Shown here piece after piece: positions 62,269 through 64,000 of a DNA stretch of 64,000 nt. This DNA comes from an uncultured Bacillota bacterium (lineage in GTDB: Bacteria; Bacillota_I; Bacilli_A; RFN20; CAG-449). How positions within the stretch are numbered: the first letter of the stretch is position 1; the number at the start of each line of letters is the position of its first letter. Location: NCBI GenBank assembly GCA_905204225.1, contig CAJKZK010000001.1, positions 4,506 to 68,505 on the forward strand. The letters run 5' to 3'. The notes under the pieces are model-generated. The model did no database searches and had not been told where the DNA came from. It saw only the letters and a program-made list of their open reading frames with translations. Both the position numbers and the translations under genes were made by a program.

Positions 62269-63915
62269 CTAATTAAATTCCTTTTGACTAATTTGAATAT
62301 TATTATTTTTAATATGAATATTTTGATAATTATCTTTAGTAATAAATTTAGTATTATCTTTTTCTTTAATATTACTTATTTTTTTAACTTTTTCTTTTAT
62401 TTCTAAATTAGATAACAAAATAACTAAAGGAGCAGATAAACAACTAATTAATATTAAAATGACAGGTAAAACACTTCTACAAGATAATATACTTAAAGTT
62501 AAAATAATAATTCCGAAAATAATAGAATCTAAAGAACCTAAAAAAGCTAATTTTAAAGAATATTTTTTATTATCTTTAGGCGTGACATTAAAGGTGGCTT
62601 TTTTACCAAAGATTCCCAAAAAAACTGTTCTAATCATCATTGGAGAAAGCGAAGCATAAGTTATTATATTTAAGATAAAATATGGAATTAATAAAAATAT
62701 ATTTTTATCTTTGTGATAAACAAATAAATCTGGTATCAAAGGAGAGCAAAGAAAAATAATCATGATTATATATATGCCTAATGAATAATGAATAATTGGA
62801 TAACCTAAAAAGCCTAATATTATTGTAAAAACTGCTAAAAAGAAGCCTAAAATTGGAACAATTGGTAAAGAATAATGAGATAATTTTAAATCTAATTTTT
62901 CAAACCATGACATTTTACAAGAGCCAATTTCTTTATTATATTTTTGCATATATTCAAGATTTCCTTGAGTCCATTTACATTGCCTTTTCTTTAAGCTTAA
63001 ATAATTTATAGGAAACTCTTCATAACAAAGAATATCTGGAGCGTAAATAATATTAAAACTAGCATTTCTAATATCAACTGCAAAAGAAATATCTTCTGCT
63101 ACTACTAAAGGGAAACCACCTGTTTTTAAATAACAATCTTTGCTTATAGTCATACCGTGACCAATTAATGCGTTAGATCCATAAAAATTTTTAACAATTT
63201 GAACAGAGGCACCATTGCTACCAACAGATAAACCTAATAATCTTTGAAACCAATTATTACCTTTTGTAGCTTTATGTCTTGCTTGAACAGCACCACAATT
63301 TTTATCATAAATAAAATATTTTAAAACTTTATTAATATAATCAGTTGGTAGAATTTCATCACTATCTAAAACAACAAAATAATCATAATCAGTTTTACCT
63401 TTTAAATAATTATTTAAATTACCTGCCTTAAAACCAGATTTGTTCTTTCTTCTAACAACTTCAATATTATTTTCTTTACTAAATAAATCAATTTCATTTA
63501 AAAATTCTTCTTTATCACTGTCATCAAGAATAATAACTTGGAAATTATCATAATTTTGTTTCATTGATTCAGTTAAAGCATTTTTATTAAAATCATTTCT
63601 AGTACAATATAATAATAAAAACTTAGGTCTATAATCTTTTTTAATTTTAATTTTAGAAATATCATCATATTTTCTTAATAATTTCTTTCCATAAAAAGCA
63701 TGAGTACAAGAAAAAACTAAATCTTTTATGCTTCCAAACCATAAAATGCCAAGGATTATGGAGTTTAAAATTAATATAATACCAATAAAAATTGATCTTA
63801 TTAAATTTGAAGTATCTAAATTATTTAAAATAAAATATAAACTTGTTATTAATAAGCCTAAACATAAAATCCAAATAAATATAATAATTACATATAAAGT
63901 AGGTTTTTTTTTCAT
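62269..63915 (-). CDS. Polytopic membrane family-2 glycosyltransferase, processive-synthase-like. Start taken at MKKKPTLYVI, after RBS AGGAGA.
   Basis: DD (ILDDSD), DxD (LDSDE), ED, and QCKW (a QxxRW variant) motifs. TM helices at both ends. Confidence 0.6.
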   Translation of the reverse strand: MKKKPTLYVIIIFIWILCLGLLITSLYFILNNLDTSNLIRSIFIGIILILNSIILGILWFGSIKDLVFSCTHAFYGKKLLRKYDDISKIKIKKDYRPKFLLLYCTRNDFNKNALTESMKQNYDNFQVIILDDSDKEEFLNEIDLFSKENNIEVVRRKNKSGFKAGNLNNYLKGKTDYDYFVVLDSDEILPTDYINKVLKYFIYDKNCGAVQARHKATKGNNWFQRLLGLSVGSNGASVQIVKNFYGSNALIGHGMTISKDCYLKTGGFPLVVAEDISFAVDIRNASFNIIYAPDILCYEEFPINYLSLKKRQCKWTQGNLEYMQKYNKEIGSCKMSWFEKLDLKLSHYSLPIVPILGFFLAVFTIILGFLGYPIIHYSLGIYIIMIIFLCSPLIPDLFVYHKDKNIFLLIPYFILNIITYASLSPMMIRTVFLGIFGKKATFNVTPKDNKKYSLKLAFLGSLDSIIFGIIILTLSILSCRSVLPVILILISCLSAPLVILLSNLEIKEKVKKISNIKEKDNTKFITKDNYQNIHIKNNNIQISQKEFN

Positions 63916-64000
63916 ATTTAATTCTCCTATCAACAAAGTAAAAAGCTTTGTCAACAATAAAACAAAATAAAAACCAAATTTGTCCACAAAAAGATGAAAA

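Overview
This is a low-GC (about 30%), standard-code (TGG=Trp) Bacillota-type segment, probably an Erysipelotrichia/Mollicutes-related gut organism. The backbone is queA-queH, then a complete S10-spc-alpha ribosomal protein cluster (rpsJ to rplQ, 5360-19778) with secY, adk, map, infA, rpmJ and rpoA, then rplM-rpsI (29460-30314) and a tRNA-Ile(GAT). The most interesting region is a 9.4 kb island (19.8-29.2 kb) inserted between rplQ and rplM and bracketed by two near-identical copies of a 35-nt terminator element. Its promoter has perfect TTGACA/TATAAT hexamers separated by a 19-bp spacer containing a G10 homopolymer, a candidate slipped-strand phase-variation switch. The island encodes a LytTR response regulator and an AgrC/HPK10-like membrane kinase, followed by a LytTR-box-like direct repeat (CATTCACAAG, twice, 21 bp apart). 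Downstream are two paralogous surface proteins carrying CBM6/CBM35-like modules, an unannotated 43-aa ORF, and a membrane-anchored, domain-permuted GH3. A second 45-aa ORF (33343-33480), homologous to the first, sits immediately upstream of an LRR surface protein gene. Upstream of the ribosomal cluster, on the minus strand, is an extracytosolic flavinylation module: ApbE-like lipoprotein, NusG-II protein, Gx-transporter-like membrane protein, and a lipoprotein with two FMN_bind-like domains whose flavinylation motif carries Cys in place of Ala. The right half holds a large glycan-utilisation locus: MsmX-like ATPase with inserts, AraC regulator, LplABC-type transporter, two beta-helix lipoproteins, a Big_2 lipoprotein, GH127-like and GH78 enzymes, a PocR-AraC regulator, and isomerase, kinase and aldolase genes. 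The window ends with a PspA-less YdjG/YdjI-like zinc-ribbon/SPFH module and a membrane GT2. No CRISPR array, IS element or prophage was seen.
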